A stretch of 64,000 nt of DNA from assembly GCA_002328165.1 (NCBI GenBank), contig DCWS01000029.1, forward strand, positions 46,387 to 110,386, written 5' to 3'. Origin of the DNA: Desulfobacteraceae bacterium UBA2156. Its GTDB lineage: Bacteria > Desulfobacterota > Desulfobacteria > Desulfobacterales > UBA2156. The position numbers were made by a program, and so were the translations under genes. Positions 60,995 through 64,000 of the stretch are shown here, in pieces; the first letter of the stretch is position 1, and every line of letters begins with the position of its first letter. The notes beneath the pieces are model-generated. The model saw nothing but the letters and a program-made list of their open reading frames with translations, did no database searches and was not told the origin of the DNA.

Positions 60995-61044
60995 GGCATA
61001 TTGGGGCATATTCAAGCCTTTCTGCGTAATAATTGCGTAATATT
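60995..61044. repeat. Two pairs of short tandem direct repeats (GGCATATT x2; TGCGTAATA x2)
   Basis: GGCATATT occurs at 60995-61002 and 61005-61012. TGCGTAATA occurs at 61023-61031 and 61034-61042. All lie in AT-rich DNA just past the tRNA terminator. Confidence 0.6.
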
Positions 61045-61363
61045 AGCATGAAGTTTTTATCAAAAATCCATGTTTAAAAGAAAATTATCCGCGAATTGAA
61101 CATGTCTGAATATATTAAATATATAGGATAAATTTCTTATGATGAAAAATTTCAATGGACGCATTTTGCCAGTATCGGAGAAACCAACTCTGCAACACAG
61201 GCTGATCGGGATCATGGCTTCCGCTAAATGATCTAAGATCTAAATTGAGACCTGTTTTTGCTTATAATCAACGTCAGGTGGCTTTGATGGAATCTTTGCT
61301 TCCGGCACGGTTATTACCTGAGGATATGTTGAAGGCTCCCGTTTTCAGAAAGGTACCGTACCG

Positions 61364-62011
61364 ATGCCGGAATCGGTTTATTGACAACGCAATCCACAAA
61401 ACTCGCCGTACTATCAGTGTGTTGAGGATTATTTCGAAACATTCGAACGGGTCTATAAAGACCGGTTCGAGCGCAGATACGGATTCTTTCGCCCCTGTGT
61501 CGGGTAGATGATGTTGCGGTACTTTGACTGCAGGATTCTGCACAACGGGTTTGCCCGTGTGCGTTGTGATCACCGTGGTTATGAATATTTATAGGCCCAC
61601 TCATGCGAAAGGCGTCATTTTTGTCCATCCTGCCATCAGAAGCGTGAGGTGGAGTTCGGTGAGTAGCTTTGTCAGGAGGTGGTGAAGGCCGTACCGCATC
61701 GGCATGTGGTGTTGAGCATACCGAAAATTCTGCAGCGGTATTTTCTTTACGACCGCAAGCCGCTTTCGGATCTCAGTCGTTGTGGATGGGAGGCGCTGAA
61801 AGCTTTTTACACAACCGGTGTAAGGGATCCAAAGGCAGTGCCCAGTGCGGTAGTCGCCATTCAAATATTTGGAGATTTTCTCGGGTTCCACCCTCACTTG
61901 CATATCCTCGTGTCTGACGGTTGTTTTCAGAAAAATGGTATGTTTTCAGTTTCTCCGGCCGTAGATACCGAAGCCCTGGAGCAGATATTCCGCAGCAAAG
62001 TGCCGTCTTGA
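61364..62011 (+). mobile_element. IS91-family (zinc-binding N-domain type) transposase gene remnant, multiply nonsense-mutated and 3'-degenerate
   Basis: A single frame reads MPESVY-TGA-QRNPQNSPYYQCVEDYFETFERVYKDRFERRYGFFRPCVG-TAG-MMLRYFDCRILHNGFARVRCDHRGYEYL-TAG-AHSCERRHFCPSCHQKREVEFGE-TAG-LCQEVVKAVPHRHVVLSIPKILQRYFLYDRK...FGDFLGFHPHLHILVSDGCF.... The stops are at 61382, 61505, 61592 and 61664. Only weak, frame-shifted similarity continues to about 62150, and the catalytic C-terminal half is absent. Confidence 0.7.
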
Positions 62012-62206
62012 CAATAAAATCTTCATCCGGTATGAATTTCGGTTATCTGAAGCCGCTTGGGACTTGCTGTCGCATCGTTGCAATACAATATGTTGTGACT
62101 CATTCCAGTTGCCACACAACTCTGTTTTTCTGCTTGATCTGTTTTCAAAAAGCGAATTCTTATCCTTTGCGCGGAGTCTGGAGATAAAGCGAGGACACAA
62201 GTTATC

Positions 62207-63328
62207 ATGCCGGCTGATTCTTGTAATGAAGCTGAGATGATGGTTTCCGGTGAACCCTTGAAACAGTGTCAACAATACCCTTGCAGTCCCATGGACGCAC
62301 GCGACGCCTTCAAGCGATTAGATGAAGGCGATGATGGAGAGTATTACGCCCAGGACCGGATGGTCAGTCATCTGGACTCCTTGGCCCTGCGGACGGTCAC
62401 AAGCGTGATTGGACAACTGGTCATTGAAGAGTCACCGGTGATTCTGGACCTGATGGCCTCCTGGGATTCCCATATCCCGGCCGATATCCGACCGTCCCGA
62501 GTAGTGGGCCTGGGCTTGAATCTCAGAGAGCTTTCGGCCAATCCGTCTGTGGATGACGCCGTGGTGCACGACATAAACCGGGATCCCCGGCTGCCGTTTG
62601 GGGATGACATCTTCGATGTGGTTCTCAACACAGTCTCTGTCGATTACCTGACCCGCCCGGTAGACGTATTCAAAGATGTTGCCAGAGTCCTTAGACCAGG
62701 GGGATTGTTCCTGGTGGTCTTTTCCAACCGGATGTTTCCTGACAAAGCAGTTCGTGTTTGGTGTGACAGTAGCGAAGAAGAACGGGTGATCCTGGTGGAG
62801 GAGTTCTTCTCGCGGGCCGGCGGGTTTGAAAAGCCGCAAACGTTCGTGTCAAGAGGACGGCCCCGGCCCCGCGACGACAAATATGCCGACCACCTTTCCA
62901 CAAGCGACCCGATATACGCCGTCTATGCCGAGTGGATAGGCGGGCACGCCGACCGCACGCCACGGCCTCAACCTGTGCTGGGATCGGAGATGGTATTCAG
63001 CCCAGAAGAAGTGCAACAGAGAAAACGGCGGATCAAGGAGACGTTGCGCTGCCCTCATTGCGACGGCCGGCTCGACAAATGGACCGTACCGGACAATCCT
63101 TTCGGGCAGACGTGGGACAATGAGCACATGTACGTTTGCTTCAATGACGCGTGCCCCTATTTCGTCGGCGGATGGCAACACATGTCCCAGCAGGGGAACC
63201 GGAGCGCGTCCTATCGCCTAATGTACAACCCGGAGAAAGACACCTGCTCCCCTATCCCGGTCCCCGGCCTCACGGCACTGTGTGAAAGTATCGTAGAAGA
63301 GGGCAAGGAGGATGGGGGTGATTGTTGA
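62207..63328 (+). CDS. Class I SAM-dependent methyltransferase fused to a C-terminal Cys4 zinc-ribbon-like domain; GC-rich
   Basis: The 373-aa product has a methyltransferase core (VILDLMASWDSH.., VVLNTVSVDYLTRP, LRPGGLFLVVFSN) and a C-terminus RCPHCDGRL....VCFNDACPYF. GC is about 54-56% against about 42% in the core genes. Confidence 0.72.
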   Translation: MPADSCNEAEMMVSGEPLKQCQQYPCSPMDARDAFKRLDEGDDGEYYAQDRMVSHLDSLALRTVTSVIGQLVIEESPVILDLMASWDSHIPADIRPSRVVGLGLNLRELSANPSVDDAVVHDINRDPRLPFGDDIFDVVLNTVSVDYLTRPVDVFKDVARVLRPGGLFLVVFSNRMFPDKAVRVWCDSSEEERVILVEEFFSRAGGFEKPQTFVSRGRPRPRDDKYADHLSTSDPIYAVYAEWIGGHADRTPRPQPVLGSEMVFSPEEVQQRKRRIKETLRCPHCDGRLDKWTVPDNPFGQTWDNEHMYVCFNDACPYFVGGWQHMSQQGNRSASYRLMYNPEKDTCSPIPVPGLTALCESIVEEGKEDGGDC

Positions 63329-63693
63329 GCACGAGTTTGGCATCGCTCGGCAGCGAGTCCGACGGGGCGTCGAGGTCCGCATTGGTAAGCTGAGCGATTG
63401 ATGCTCGCCCTGGTTGGCATGAACCAGCAGACAAGTCACATGAGAACCGTCACTCTACTGTGCGCTGCGGTCCTGGCGAGGGTTTGGGGCTCGGACTGGG
63501 CCTCTCTCCGCTTCGTTGATCGTTATGGCGGCTTGCGTCGACATGGCGACACAACGGCCTCAATGAGGTATTGCCGTGCCGACCGTGAAAAATTGCACTG
63601 CAAGTTGGATCAGCGCCGCGATTCTTTTGGCGAGCCTGTACTTTGGTGCGCCAAGCATATCGGAGCTGTGTCCCGTGTCGCCTCCATCGCTGG

Positions 63694-64000
63694 CACATAC
63701 GGCTGCCTTTTAATGTCAACTCCCTCTCCCAGACAGCGGCAGTTGAGACCATCAGTAGTCACCGTGAGGTGGAAAAGACCTTGACAATTATACGTAGAGA
63801 GCGGAAAAGGCTCTTCAGGAAGCTGGAAAAGATTGACGGCGTAACGCCCTATCCATCTGAGGCCAACTTTATTCCATTCAGCCTGAAGAATGCCTCCCCA
63901 GTCCATGAAAGACTGCTTTCAGAAGGAGTGCTTATCAGAAATATGGAGGGTGTTCTTAAGAACAGTCTCAGGGTAAATGAGAATAACACCTTCATTAAGG
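63694..64000 (+). pseudogene. Class I/II aminotransferase (HisC/CobD-like) 3' fragment, running off the window
   Basis: The frame reads ..HIRLPFNVNSLSQTAAVETISSHREVEKTLTIIRRERKRLFRKLEKIDGVTPYPSEANFIPFSLKN..LLSEGVLIRNMEG..LRVNENNTFIK. The PFNVNSLxQ, PSEANF and GVLIRN motifs fit HisC-type C-terminal domains. No matching N-terminal or PLP-lysine region is recognisable upstream, where GC-rich unrelated sequence lies instead. Confidence 0.5.

Noticed and set aside
60930-64000. Intact integrative element with att repeats at tRNA-Thr
   Set aside because: There is no integrase ORF. I could find no convincing second copy of the tRNA 3' end (..TTCAATTCCGCCCGCCGGCTCCA) within the window; the only partial match is GCCGGCTC at about 63068. 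I therefore describe the region as an eroded patch, not a defined island.
1-64000. CRISPR arrays, rRNA genes, tmRNA, RNase P RNA and SRP RNA
   Set aside because: By-eye scanning of the intergenic regions found no regularly spaced 25-40 nt repeats and no conserved core sequences of these RNAs. A by-eye scan cannot exclude short or divergent elements.

Overview
The window is a moderately AT-rich chromosomal segment, about 42-45% GC by eye. Gene content looks deltaproteobacterial (Desulfobacterales-like), but that assignment is inference only. Most of it is intact housekeeping: efp, guaA, kdsB, larB, a giant BcrAD/BadFG-type activase, a HIT protein, aat-clpA-clpS, secA, folD, argC, an IHF/HU protein, a molybdopterin oxidoreductase, holA-like, lspA, ileS, a cdaA-YbbR fusion, an EF-G paralog, glyQS, recO, mgtE, a surA-like gene, mfd and one tRNA-Thr(CGU). 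I saw no rRNA, CRISPR array, integrase or complete mobile element.

The unusual part is how many decayed genes sit between the intact core genes; I count about nine.
- A sulfatase-like remnant.
- A GC-rich DinB-family gene carrying a frameshift.
- A reverse-rubrerythrin-type remnant that keeps its promoter and RBS.
- A frameshifted MFS gene.
- A URO-D-family gene with two in-frame stops.
- A signal-peptide protein with an in-frame TGA.
- An Smr-domain gene with a homopolymer frameshift plus an internal deletion.
- An IS91-like transposase with four in-frame stops.
- A class I/II aminotransferase fragment at the right edge.

The observations most worth follow-up:
1. An orphan Nif11-type leader peptide (RiPP precursor) ending in ..ELDKVAGG, followed by a Cys-free 22-aa core, lying inside the decayed region.
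2. A GC-rich (about 54-58%) patch immediately 3' of tRNA-Thr. It holds the dead IS91-like gene and a methyltransferase fused to a zinc ribbon.
3. A small DnaB/KaiC-like P-loop ATPase next to an HNH nuclease gene. The HNH gene has its own near-consensus promoter and a roughly 165-nt repeat-containing leader.

I could not identify a complete, clearly novel multi-gene system. Every call rests on reading the translated ORFs and the DNA by eye, with no database search.
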